A stretch of DNA of 64,000 nucleotides from Eledone cirrhosa (lineage: Eukaryota). A program made the translations under genes and the position numbers. The notes under the pieces were generated by a model that saw only the letters and a list, made by a program, of their open reading frames with translations, made no database searches and was not told the DNA's origin. How positions within the stretch are numbered: the first letter of the stretch is position 1; each line of letters starts with the position of its first letter. Location of the stretch: positions 285,882,001-285,946,000 of the forward strand of contig OZ024740.1 of the NCBI GenBank assembly GCA_964016885.1, in the 5' to 3' direction. Positions 39,226 through 52,397 of this stretch are shown one piece after another.

Positions 39226-41090
39226 CACACACACGCGCACATTCTTATATATATATATATATGCTGCAGCTGCTATAATTTTATCCTAATCAGTGTTCCT
39301 AGTATTCTGTCTGTGTTTGTATTTGTAGGAAAGTAGGAAATTCTATCCCTAAGTGTTTTTCTCTGCAATAAGTCAATTTATCCCTTGCATCAGTCTTCAG
39401 TAGATTCTTCCAATCCCCCTTTTCTCCATGCACAATGCCCCTCTACCACCACGCTTTCCTCTATCAACAAGAGTTAACATGCCTAAGTAACAAACCGTTG
39501 TTGCTGTCTCTACTTCTGGATAACAATGTTGATGTTAATGCTGACTGATAACTAGCAGTTCTCCCACTTTTTTGAAGGCAGTATACTCCCCACCCCCCTT
39601 CATTCTGCGGTCCACGTCTTTTTCCTTACCTCCACTACTACAGAGCAGACAAAACTTGCTGCTTAATAGTTTGTATTCTTTGATTTCTACTACCACTCCC
39701 CCTAATTAAACGAGTTGCAAGCAGTTTTAAACAGAACCCAAATCTGCGTTTGTTGGAGGGAGAAAAGTTGGAAAACAAGAGAAAAATAAAATAATAGATA
39801 GATAATATGGTAAACTGCTTCAGCAGCTTTACCAACTATATTGAAAAGGCTACAAAGGAAAATGCATTTAAAGAGTGGGAAGGGAGTAAGGTATTGTATA
39901 TAGGAAGATAACATGGTGATGATGGCGGTGGTGGTGATAGTGATAACATATATCGTGTTGTTGAATAAAAGGTGTTGCTTCTTTCATTATCATTCGTATA
40001 TATGTTACTAATTTTCCAACCAAGCATGAAGAATTCTGTTAGAAAGAGAACTGAAAAGAGAAGTCGTGCAAAGTAAGCCTTCTCCATATAAATAAGAAAT
40101 AAACAATATATTTATTTTTATATCAGTAGGCGGTAATTCTAAGAGTTCTGAAATTAAAATTATTTCAAAATAGTAATTTCAAGAAATATTCACACTAAAT
40201 TAAAAAAAGAAAAAAGTGGGGAGATAGTATAAAAGGGAAGGAATTAGATTCTGAGTTAGACTAACTTTAATTGGCGTTTTAAAGGTGTAAGATTTATAGT
40301 GTGTGTGTGTGTGGAAGAGAGAGAGAGAGAGAGAGTATGTGTTTGAGAGTGAGTGACTAAAAGAGAGACCGTACTCGTGGGAACTAGTGCGCGCACACAC
40401 GCTGAATCTCCTAACATAATTGGTTCTTGACTTAGTAACAGAAGAATTTCACCGTCTCTTCAGTACGTATTAATTATAATGAGTTTATTATCTAAATTTT
40501 CTCCAAAATTAGCATTTGATAGTGATATAATTGCCCAAACATTCAAGTTTCTCTGTGTGTGTGTGTGTGTGTATGCACACACACGCACAATTTATAGTAT
40601 TTTTTTCTATAACGTAGTTGTATTAAGATTAAGAGAATTTATTAATTAACTCCCTTTATGAAGAATAGGAAATTTGAATTTTAATAATTTATTTACAGTA
40701 CCTGCTGCTCCTCTTTCTAGTAAGAGGAGAAAATTAATAGGGGGAAAAAAAGATATCGCTAGCAGCCAGTATGTCGAACAAAGTTGGCAAACATGCAAAA
40801 CATTTTAATTTACCTTTATAAAAAATATCTTTTAAGTTCAAGACAAACGGTTATCTGTTTGAGGTTTCTATACAGATCATGTACTACATTAATCACTATT
40901 GTATAACTAGTATTAGAAATTATTTATAACCCTTACTGAATGAAAATATACACACAAATAATATATACAAAACTTAATTACATAAATATTTCAGTTCAAA
41001 ATGTTAATTCACCCCTGATGTGTATCAATCGGGTTACACATCACAAGGGGCGCCGGAGCCACCCTCTTATGCTATTTGAGGCAGCATTAT

Positions 41091-41275
41091 GGTGGATTGG
41101 CAGTATCGGTAGAGGGTCGGACACCATGCTTTGCAGCATAGAGTTACGGCCCTTGCCATTGAGTTCAAATCCCGCCGGGGTTAACTTTGCCTTTCATCCT
41201 TACGGGGTCGATAAAATAAAGTACCAGTAATGTACTTGGTATTGCTGGCCTTGTGCCAAAAGTAGAAACAATTAT
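41091..41275 (+). mobile_element. Family A SINE
   Basis: Homology to family A. Confidence 0.9.
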
Positions 41276-42559
41276 TTTATTAGTGCACTACATTCCAATG
41301 ATTTATAAAGCCTTAATTTTAGAATAATTGTGCAATGTATCTATGAATAAAACGAATGATACTAAATGTTGCTAGTATTAATTAAATTTGTGTTAAGTTC
41401 ACGTTTGCCTTTAGGAAATATTAAAACTCATTATAAAATTCAGTTGTTTTGCACTTAGTTCATTGTAACCTTTTTTGGTATGAACTTGGATTCCGGCAAA
41501 TTATTGAATATTTTTTCAATAATACTTTTTTCGGTAAGCAGGGAATTGTGTTTGGATATTGTGTATGTGTGGTATAGTAATCTGATATATATATACATAT
41601 ATATATATATATATTTTTTATTACATGTTATCCATGTGCTACCTGCAGTATTTTTCTCTATATTTATTATATATATATATATATATATATATACATAAAG
41701 TTGCTGCTACTGAGATGTAACGATGTGTATGTGTGCATATATATATATATATATATATACATACATACATACTGACACATACGTACACATTGTTACATCT
41801 CAGATAATAGCAGCAACTTCAATTTTGATTACTTTTAGAATTTAATGAGTCATCGAAATCCTATTTTTATTTTCTCTTTCTATTCTAAATTATTTTATTT
41901 GAACACGTGTTTACATTTATTTATTTTTTTAGTCTATAAAAAAATAAATGTAAACACGTGTTCGAATAAATGTATGCATTGTGAGTTTATCCTATTTTTT
42001 TTTTTCTTTTCAATATTAGGAATTAATCTTCTAGTGTTAATTAATCAAGAATTATTGATTTTCTTACACGGCTACAATCATACCAAAAATAGTTCGATAT
42101 AATATAGGTTACGTTTTGTCAGGATAACGTTTTCCTATTGTTTACGTAATAATAGCAATATTACTTGTTGCTGCTATTTAGGACTTTTTTCTTCTGTGTA
42201 GGGTTTCAAATCTCGAACATACGTAAGTTTGAAAACAATATTGTTGTGTGGTTAAATTATCGTTTTGGTTCTTCGATACAAGGCCATTTTTTTTAAAGAA
42301 TTCATATTTAAATCAGAGCCATTCAATCATATTTTATGTAAGAATCTTTTGTTCTTTGGACATTAAATAATGGTTTCTGATTTAGGCACTAGGCCAACTA
42401 TTTAAATCGATTCCAGTTAGGAAACTATTAAGTATTTGGTAGATATAACTACGTTAATAGCTTGCTACGAGATCGGGATTTAACTAAATGCAATTGTTTT
42501 TTTGTTTTTTAAGTCTGCGTTAGAATTGAAGTTAAATTTGATGGGATTCAATGTTTACA

Positions 42560-42812
42560 ACATGATCGGCAGAAAGTATCTCACCAACAAACAATACCTA
42601 GTCCACATACATGTTGTTTCTTCACTATCTTTTCCATTACAACTACACTGTCTTCAACATCTCAGATCTGGCTGGTCTAATGTTATCTATACCCAGACAC
42701 ATACTAATCTCTCCTCCTTCTCGACACGCCCCAAGACTGCACTAACCACTACAGCCAACCCTTCTTCCCTAGAAAACTACTGCCATTTGGAAATCTCTTC
42801 CTGCAATTGTTC
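42560..42812 (+). mobile_element. CR1-Zenon-like LINE relic (same family as 1334)
   Basis: MIG.KYLT..LVH.HVVSSLS..HY..TNHYSQPFFPR..IWKSLP. Confidence 0.6.
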
Positions 42813-43212
42813 ACGAAGGACAGCAAACCTCACTGATCTGGAAGGATCCGCGAAGGCCATAGCGGTAGCCAGACTTTGGTGTTCGGTGCGTGTGTGGGGA
42901 ATTCAGAACCTGGGTGACCACTTTAATTCACAATAATTTTTTTAAGGCGGAGTTTTGGAATAAGCATATTACCGTAAATCTGAGGGTGCGCCATTGTAGT
43001 GTGTGTGTGTGTGTGGGGGGGGGGGGCAATGCCATCGACCCTGGCACAGCTTCCTATCGACCAAACCTTTAAAAATAGAAATGTACTTTTGCTTCTTGGT
43101 GACTTCTTACGAGGTGGATATTACTAGAAGCTTCAATATCCTTCATATTTTTTATGCCGTAATAAATTGATTGTACGTAGTAATATTGTATCAAAATAGC
43201 AGATCATTAATT

Positions 43213-43343
43213 AATTGTTTCTACTTTAGGCACAAGGCCAGCAATAACCCAGTGTATTACTGGTACTTTATTTTATCGACCCCGTAAGGATGAAAGGCAA
43301 AGTCAACCTCGGCGGGATTTGAACTCAGATCGTAAAGGGACGT
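43213..43343 (-). mobile_element. 5'-truncated family A SINE
   Basis: Homology; TTAATTAAT flanks. Confidence 0.85.
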
Positions 43344-43899
43344 TAATTAATAAGAGCTGATAAGGGCTAAAACTGATGGCATTTTTTAAAAATCAGAACG
43401 ATAAATATATTCAAGAATAGGTGTAGCTATTAAGGCACCAACTTCTAAGTTGCAATCAGTAAATGTATCAACATATAAAGACGTAAACTGCAGGCCCAAA
43501 CCAATAGCTTTTGTAATCAACACCCGAAATGTTCCCATGTATAGGCCTAACTCTTCAGAGCCCTTCATTTATTTATTTATTTTTTTATTTAGTGGGGTGT
43601 AGTGTTATATGTGGTGGTGGTGGTGGGAGAATTGTAGTATGATACAGGCAGAGACATGTCAAGAAATTCACTTTGTACCCATGATTCTGGATTTGATCCC
43701 AGTGCACAGCACCTTAGACAAGTACGTATTCAGTCTCTTGTTGAGCAATAATTTGGGTGGAATGTGGTAGTTAAGAACTATGAAACTCAATAAAAACAGA
43801 TTGATAAAACAAGTACTAGTGTTATAACCGACTGAAAGCCCCTCAATAAGCTACTACAATATGACTGCAGTCCAAGGACTGAAATTAGTAAAAGGGGAT

Positions 43900-44232
43900 G
43901 TTATAATGTTAGTGTGAAATGAACAATGGATCACAAATGAGCTGAGAGGAAGACTGGATATTAGAGGTATCATATAATAATGAAATTATTGTGTACAGTG
44001 CTCAGGTGCACTACAACAATATGTAGTGTACAAGAGAGATGTTTACACCTGTGTGAACAGATTCTGCATATGGATGATGCCAGTTGTATAAAGAAGTGTT
44101 GAGCTCTCCCAAGTGGTGGAACTTGTCGAACCAGTAGAAGAATGAGACAAAGTGTTGAAAACTAAACTGTGTTGGAGGTGGATGATCCATCCAACCAATT
44201 GAGGCATGAAAAAAATGGAGTAAAAATGATGG
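43900..44232 (+). mobile_element. Degraded RTE 3' end interrupted by an inverted CR1 tail
   Basis: NELRGRLDIRGI ... MDDASCIKKC; CR1 tail at about 43975-44018. Confidence 0.6.
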
Positions 44233-44789
44233 TGGCACTGGAGATGGATACACACACACTTCACCCAACATTTATGTTCATATTAAGTCTCCATATACCT
44301 ATCTCCTCTTTTGTACTCTCTCATTTATCACCCCCTCCACCTCTCTTTTATTTGTGCGCCTCCCTACAATCACTATCATGTCTCATCATGCTGTCTGTGT
44401 AATAAGAGATGGCATCATAACATTTGATCTGTCTGTATTCAACTTCCCTTACCCATCACCTATTCTTTATTGTTAGCCATCACTCTCTTTCTCATTATCC
44501 TCCCTCCCACCCATCAATCACTTCCAGTATTCTCTTTTTTATCATTTCCCTCTACCATGAGTCTGTTTGTTTATCTAAAAACCTTCCATCATAATTTTAC
44601 ATAAGCACTTTTGTTAAGTTATGTTCCAAATGTCTGCTTAATAATGAGAAAAATTAGTTATATTACTATTTCCATCTAAATTCTTGATTCTTTTCAAAGT
44701 AATTTGAAAATGATAGGCAATATTTTAGTTAAGAAATATAACAAAATGGTTTAAGTTGTACTCCAAACCCCAGTTTAATAACTAAATGC

Positions 44790-45065
44790 GTCCAAATACA
44801 TTACTCAATGGGGTCTGTAGCTTGGAGATCAGTGTGTTGCTTCAGTTAAAGTTTTTACTTTTCTCCATTGAGAGATCACAGTTCCAGTACTATGGACATA
44901 TGGTTATATTGTCGAAGGAAAGATTCTCTGGACAGATTTTGCTAGAAAACCCAACTGGCCGTAGACCCAGACGTAGACCACAAGCAAGATAGTTGGATAA
45001 TATCAATAAGTTTAGTTGGGGATCATTTGGAGATGGTTGCTTTTGATAGGACCCTCTCAAGAAAT
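44790..45065 (+). mobile_element. RTE (Expander-type) LINE C-terminal relic
   Basis: LLFSIERSQFQYYGHMV..ER..QIL...PTGRRPRRRP.AR*LD. Confidence 0.75.
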
Positions 45066-45217
45066 ATGTGGGCAGAGAAAAAGAATATCATCATCATTTT
45101 TATGTGTGTTTTGCAATGTTTTCATGTTTTGGGGTTTTTTTTTTCAAACTGTCTTTTAATTTTGATATTTGTTTAAAGAATATATATTTTTAACTTAATT
45201 TTTTTTTCTATTTCCAG

Positions 45218-45245
45218 GTAAGTAAGAACATTTAGAAATCTTCAT
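45218..45245 (+). other. Candidate recursive splice site (CAG|GTAAGT) with 28-nt RS-exon
   Basis: cttaat-ttttttttctatttccag|GTAAGT...CAT|gtaagt. Confidence 0.6.
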
Positions 45246-45589
45246 GTAAGTCAACATTTTATTTTCCATTAATTTCAACTTATAACAGAAGCACCCTTTC
45301 ATATCTCCTCTGTTTGTGTTTGTATGTGTGCATATGTATATGTGAACGTATCTATATGGAATAGGTAATGCCAACTATTTCACGGTGTGTACTGGGTGCG
45401 TTTTATCATTGCACTACCATTAACACCTAACAGAGTAGGCTAGGTGCTTTTATTATGGAACCAGCACTACTGTGTTACAGTGTGGACTAGGTGCATATAT
45501 TGTGGCATCAGTACTACCACTTCAACGAGTGCATTTTATTGTGGCACCAACATTAACATTTTCGAGATTAGGGTGCTTGTTGTGTCCTT

Positions 45590-45900
45590 GGCTAATCTAG
45601 GGAGGCAGTGATAGGAGTGTGAGTGCATGAACTAGGGGCCACATGTTGTTTGACAGGAGTTGGGTGGTCAGCAGGAAAGGTAGCCTTAAGAATGATGTTT
45701 GGTAGTGCAGTATGAGGTGCAGACATCTTTCGATGCTGGCATAGTTGAATTACTAGGAACTGAGGATAAAGAGGAAAGGGAATACCAAGGTGCCAGTGGG
45801 AGACCTTGTGTGTTTGTGGTGGTGGAGTGGAGACTGGGAGCTTATATAGTGTCATAGGGGTTGGAAGAAATGGAAGTGGCATATTGGTAGGGGGAGGAGT
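45590..45900 (-). mobile_element. Possible ancient Penelope-like linker fragment
   Basis: ATFP..HP..CQTTC-like motif across a frameshift; weak. Confidence 0.25.
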
Positions 45901-46189
45901 ATCTATGTTCCATTAAGTGAGAGGATAAATAAACAGCACCTAGTAGCTGGCTGTGTGTGGTGGTAGTAGGGAGTACAACCATCTTTCTATGCTAGCATGG
46001 GTTGGACAAGAACGGAGAAATTAGTGATGTGAATGAGTGGATAGACTAAGATGATGTACGGAAGAGGAGGTAGATTATATGTGGGGGGGGGGGGGGGGCA
46101 AGGTATGAGAGGGAGGTTATATTGAGTTAGGGAGATGGAAGGAGGCATATTTGGCAGGGAGATAGGGACATAAATATTTTTACATATCT

Positions 46190-46505
46190 CTGCTTTTAAC
46201 ACCATCCTCTCCATGCTTGTTTCATCCTGCCGATGTGAGAAAGTGAGCTTTTTGCTATATGGTATATATCCTTGTCATCTCCATAACTTTCAACCTTGTG
46301 AGGGCAGGCTTTACTACATCATCCCTAGTTTTCTTTGGTCTAACTCTTCCGTAATTTCCACCCACTTAGAGAGCTAAGCACATTTTTATGCAGCCATCAT
46401 CCTTTGTACACATTGCATGCCCATACCAATGTAGTCTTCTATATTGAATGTTGCATCTAGTCTATGGTTCATACACATTGCTATTACACATCCATCGAAG
46501 CAGGA
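46190..46505 (-). mobile_element. Degraded RTE 3' fragment
   Basis: Reverse complement RRLHWYGHAMC....RVRPKKT. Confidence 0.6.
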
Positions 46506-46849
46506 TCGCCTCATATATATATATATACAAATATAATACACAAAGAGAAGTGTGTAACACAGTGAGATGTGTGTAAAGAATTATTACAAGTGAGTTTTAC
46601 CGTTACTGTATAGAGAACAATATCTACAGGTTTAGCAATTAAATAGAAAAACTAAGTCAGAATTAAATGTCTGAAGTAGAGTTTTAAATTACAAACCTTA
46701 TAAGTTTGCTGATACGAATCTAGTTCGTTTCCCCACAGAAATGTGCAGTTTAACAGCCTACAGGTTCATATATATATATCTATACACATACATACAAGTC
46801 CTCAAAATGACTGACTAGTTTCATATCAGTTCAGAATGATTCAATGATT

Positions 46850-47012
46850 CTGTTGTAGTGCACATGAGCACTGTACACAATAATTTCATTATTATTATTA
46901 TTAACCAACATGGTTAACTTTGCCTTTCATCCTTCTGGGGTCGATAGAATAAAGTACCAGTAATGCATTGGGTAATTGCTGGCCTTGTGCCAAAAGTAGA
47001 AACAATTATTAT
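46850..47012 (+). mobile_element. CR1 tail plus truncated family A SINE with TSD
   Basis: ATTATTAACCAACATGG duplicated around the SINE. Confidence 0.8.
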
Positions 47013-47148
47013 TAACCAACATGGAACTGGTCAGTACTTTCAATTCTTTTAATACATAATACATTCTCTATTTATGTATAGTGTTCTTTTTCTTATAAAG
47101 GTATATATTCCAATCTGCCGACCTATCTGTCTAATATATATAAATAGA

Positions 47149-47189
<41 letters not shown>

Positions 47190-47996
47190 CTGATTTTGAA
47201 CCAGAACTTATATTAATAATACGTGGTTTCAGTATTCTTATTTACTACATTCACTATTCTGCAATAATTGCAAAGCTGAAGACATTTAGGAAATATTCTA
47301 GTCAAAACCTTGTGGATTTTTTAAATTTCCTTTAAAAGCTGATAGATAGCACAACTTTTTGTGTCTTTGTGCCCCCAACAGACGTCACACAGCAATTCCT
47401 AGATGAATTCTTTGGAAGTTACTGGTAACAAGATCCATTAAATCTTCAATATATAAGTTAAAAAGAAAGTCTCCCCCCTCCCCCCTCACTTTTGCTTGGT
47501 TACCCCCTGTAGTCTACTGAGAAAGAAAATAGCATTCTGCATCAAAGATCAAGCTTAAGAAAATCCTTTCTTCTGACCTGAAGGCTGCAATAATACAAAA
47601 CCTTATGTTGAGCAATCAGAGTATGTATTTCTGCCTTGCTTTTAAAACCTAGATCTTTTCTTCATACATGTGTGCATAAAGAATAACAGCCCCTTTTCAT
47701 GCCTCATGCATAAGCTATCATGCTTGTGATTTGTGCCTAAAATAAGAATTCTACTCTTTCCTGCTGGGCATTTCAATAGCTACAGCTAAATACTCATAAA
47801 CTTACTCACACATTTACTTGCATTCACACACAACCACAACTACATACACACTATCACATTTTCTTTTCCCTTCATGTTAGTAAGGTTCTAAATGGAACAT
47901 GCATATATTTATTTACATTTACTTTACCTAGCAACAGCTTAAATTGATGAGTGGAAAAAGAAGAGACTTAATATTCTCGCTACTTCTCTCTTAACA

Positions 47997-48044
<48 letters not shown>

Positions 48045-48045
48045 T

Positions 48046-48078
<33 letters not shown>

Positions 48079-48804
48079 TGAGAGAGGCTTGTTCCCCCAA
48101 TTCAATTGAGTAACATGTATTGGTTTTTCATTTATCATTTTATCAGATTAAATCGCAGGATCATTATGTCGATGTACTTTTGTGTGCTATGTAAAGTCAA
48201 CCTATACCTTTTATGTTGTATGCAACCCACTTAAAGTTTGTGTGAGTGAGGGATATTTTGCTATCAAAATTTCATCATGTCTGTTAGAAAGGTTAAAAAA
48301 AAAAAAAGACATGCAGCCAGTAAAGAAAGAGTTACTTCCCTTATAAAAACACTCATTCCCTTAGTTTTCTTTTTATACTTTTTAGTGTTTGTATTTTATT
48401 GAATTAACTAACCTTTTTAACTCTGCTGTTAAAAGGCACTTTGCTATTACCAAAGATTTCTCTCTGTTGTAGAATAAATTGCTTTATATATTTATTTTCC
48501 CTGACTATATAAAACATTTTTTTTTAGCAATAGTAAGGGTGCACTTAACTACTACATTGTACAGTAGCAGGACATGGTTTATGTCTTGATCTAGCTTATG
48601 AGGCAGCAGATTGTTGAGGAGGAAGGGAAAATGTATTTTATATACTGGCAAATGCAGAACGATAATGCCTTTTCCTTTACTGGGGAATCTCAGAAGATAA
48701 AGGTAAACAATTTGAATTGTTTACAACACTCAAACATTGTGACTGATACCAGTTGTTGTATAAAAAAGGTTTTATGATATTAAACACTTCCACATATTAT
48801 TATA

Positions 48805-49022
48805 GTGGATTGGCAGAATTCTTAGAGCATGAGACAAAATGCATTGTAACTTTTAGTTACAGTTCTTTACTTTCTGAGTTCAAATCCCGTTGAGGTGAAC
48901 TGAGCCTTTCATCCTTCAGGTGACGATAAAACAATATTCCTGTCAAGTATTGTGGGTTGATATAATCAATTTTCCCCTCTCTCGAAATTGCTGGCCTTAT
49001 GCATAAATTAGAAACTATTATA
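48805..49022 (+). mobile_element. Old family A SINE (long variant); similar old copies near 33897, 36291, 50365, 62430
   Basis: Diverged homology. Confidence 0.75.
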
Positions 49023-51939
49023 TAATCAGTTACTATTTCTATATAGTCAGTTATTATTTAAAAAGAAAATTTAATAGAAAAAACAAAGGTTTTAAAGAAA
49101 CAACTTCTCTAATACCCTGGATCTATATCTTATTGCTTTTGCCAATATCTGAAAATAGATACGTTTATCAAATACACATATATACTCACAATTTATGCTA
49201 ATTCATATTAAACTAGTGGTTAGGGTGCTGGTCTCATGATCATAATGTTGTATGTTCAATTGCTTAGATGGGTGGCATCTTGCATCCTTGAGTATGCTGC
49301 CTTATTTCATATTATTCCAGTCCATTTAGTTAGTGAAGGGATAAGCATCACTGGCAGCTTGGTGTTAACCCCTAAAACAGATTGATTGGGGTTCCTATCA
49401 CTAAAACATCTGAGAAATCACTTATGAGATACAAACTTATAGAAGGTTAATTGAGCTATATCAACAACCAGATTTGTTAGTGAAGAACAACCAAATGAAG
49501 AATAATTATTAAATAGGTGATTCTGAAAGAAATCAATTTAGCCCTTTTGGTACCAAAACCACCTATTTTAATTGGTTCCTATGTAAATTAAAGTCTTTCA
49601 ACAAAATTTGATGTAAAAAGAACCATATGTTAAGTTATCTTAGTTATGAAATAATTAACTTAAGGAAATCTCTCCAAATATTTTTCATTAATTAATTGAA
49701 ATAGAGTATATTTCGCAAGAAAAACTGCTATAAAAGGGTTATGTTATGCACTAAACATTTGTTTTCTTTTTGACAAATATCTTCAACTACATGCGTGCAC
49801 GTGCATATGCCTGCAATCTCCCCTCTCTCACATATGCATGGATAAAGAAATCTAACAGACATTAAACTTCTTACGGGTTGCAGAAATTTCAGAATATTTG
49901 ATTAGTGCAACAATTTTTTTACAAGCAGTTTGGATTTTTAAAGAGGATTAATTCTTGATTAATTCTTGAAAGGGTGTGATAAATCAGTGTTTATACAAAG
50001 ACTTAAATATGGATTTGAAAATGAAATAGATCCATATATCAAGTAAGATTATATGGTAATACTTTAATTTTGTTTATCTTTTGATTTAATAATTTAATAA
50101 TAAAAGAGAGAGAGAGAGAGAGAGGTGGGAGTGGGAGAGATAGAGAGAGAGAGAGATGCTCCTAACTACACTAGATTTCTCTTTGTTACTGAAAGAAATC
50201 ATAATTCATTGAAACTTGTGATACTAGATTTATGAGTTAGAGTTTATATTTTCCATCCATTTAATCATGTTATTCATTCTCCAATTTTGCTTTATTAATA
50301 AAAAAAACATCCTTTGGTCAACAAATAAATTATAATGTTGATTTTATTATTAAAAAATATTAAAAGCAGTAGATTAGTAGAATCATTAGATTGTTGGACA
50401 AAACACTTTATGGTATTTGTTCTGATCTTTTAAGTTCTGAGTTTGGACCCCATCAAAGTCAACTTTGCTTTTCATCCTTCTAGGTTGGATGTGGGCTGGG
50501 AGGGGGTGGGATAAAATAAAGTAGCAATCAAGTACTGGGGTTGATTTTATTGACTTCATGTCTCTTAAAATTACTGACCTTGTGCCTAAATTAGAAACAA
50601 TTATTAAAATCCATTAAGGTAAGTATTGAAATTGGTTATAAATACAAAATTTACTATCCATTGGAAAAAAAATTACAGCCCATTATACAAGAATGTATCT
50701 CATATGAGGTTTCTTAAGTGTTTTAATGTGAAATGAAGCATCTCACTCAACAACACAATATGCCACCTGGTCCAGGAATCAAACTTATGATCATGAGTCC
50801 AGCACCCTAACCACTAGGCCACATTTTAAATATATTTGTTTCCGGTTTCAAAACTGTAGAAAAAGACATTATTTTTCATATCTCTTTGGAATTATCAAGC
50901 ATATGTGACTTCTCATTAAGACATTTTTATCTTTGTTGTTTTTGCTTTCTCATCCATTTAAAGGTATCCAGTGTACAGAAAGTCATTTAATATTCTTCTA
51001 TGGATAGATAACTACAACAAGGGCATTTTTCTCCATAAAATCCCTATCACATGTGTTTTTTTCTCTCTGCTTTATGACCCATATCTATTTTATAGCTATC
51101 CTAGCATATGTAGTGCAATATAATGAATGCTTCATATTTTAGATATGCTGAGAAAGAATGTTCCATATTCAGTTGATAAACATTCTAAATCATCTAGAAG
51201 TTACCTCTTTTTGTTTTCTTTCTCTTTCTCACCCATTCTTCACTGGTTGCATGTAAAGTTTTCCCAACTAAATGGTGATTCTAACAATTAATTAACCATA
51301 CTACCTGTGTGGCTAACTGTTACTGGTGGTGGTGACAGCAGTAGTAATGGTGGTGCTGGTCAATTAAGTGTAGTAAAACTAACCAGTCAGATGGAAATCT
51401 TAGTTGTACAACTCCAGCCATTCAAGTAAATGTATTGGGGTAGCAGACAAAAGCAACAAAAATAAATAAGGAGGAGGAGTAAGAAATGAAAGTGTATGGA
51501 ATAATGTGCCAAACAGATGAATGACAATAAAAATACATCAGAACTAGCAATAAATGAGGAGAATAAAATGTTTAGGCCATCACCTGAATGAGCACTAAGC
51601 ATTACTACTATATGGTAGTATTAATGTAAAGGTAGATAGTGGTAGAGAAAGGAAGGGAGGAGAAAGCATGTTGTCTGCCTTTCCTGTATGAGCTAAAATA
51701 ATTGACAGTAAACCTACTAGAAACATTTTATAACTCTTGCACTAGCATTAGTAAAGGTATGCAATGCTTTCTAGTTTATCTGTTCTAAACAATATAATTC
51801 TTTACTGTCTTTCCATACATTTTTGAAGTCTGACTTACAGTTCCATACCATTATATTAGATGCTTACTTCAGTGTTTAGTACCTTGTTTTATACACACAT
51901 CACACATCATCATCATTTAACATCTGTTTTCCCTGCTAG

Positions 51940-51976
<37 letters not shown>

Positions 51977-52037
51977 TATATATATAAGGTGTGATAGTTT
52001 GTTTGAAGCATTGTGGAGTATGAAACTGAAATGTTTG

Positions 52038-52397
52038 TTTGTTTGTATAGAAAGCCGTGCAATGCAAGTGGGTTAGATTGTCAAGGTAATAATCTGAAGG
52101 GAATTGAGAAAGTAAAATAAAAGAAAGGACCAGTGATTGAAATTACCTTAGCAATTTATTATTCCCAAAATCTTTCGCATTAACCATCCATTAAATAAGG
52201 GTTTTTTTTCCTCCAAAGCTTCCCATACAGACCCCCTTTGATAATGGATGGTTAATCCAAATGATTTTGGGAGTAATAAATTGCTAAGGTAACTTTTAAT
52301 CATCTGCCTTTTATTTTACTTTCTCTCTCAATTCCCTTTAGATTATTACCTTGACAATCTAACCCACTTGCATTGCACGCCTTTCTATACAAACAAA
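52038..52397. repeat. Long imperfect inverted repeat (about 160-bp arms, about 35-nt loop)
   Basis: TTTGTTTGTATAGAAAG.CGTGCAATGCAAGTGGGTTAG.. mirrored by ..CTAACCCACTTGCATTGCACG.CTTTCTATACAAACAAA. Confidence 0.9.

Larger units (their letters stand above)
39400..43300. promoter_or_regulatory. CpG-retaining, promoter-like region (possibly bidirectional)
   Basis: Frequent CG in non-repeat DNA versus near absence in flanks; donor-like GAG|GTAAGG on - at 39629; AAA|GTAAGC (40073) and TCA|GTACGT (40463) on +. Confidence 0.5.

Noticed and set aside
39836-40087. 83-aa minus-strand ORF with a hydrophobic N-terminus
   Set aside because: No recognisable domain and low-complexity tail; more likely UTR/promoter sequence
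50610-50625. Strong donor AAG|GTAAGT
   Set aside because: No convincing upstream acceptor; lies just after a decayed SINE
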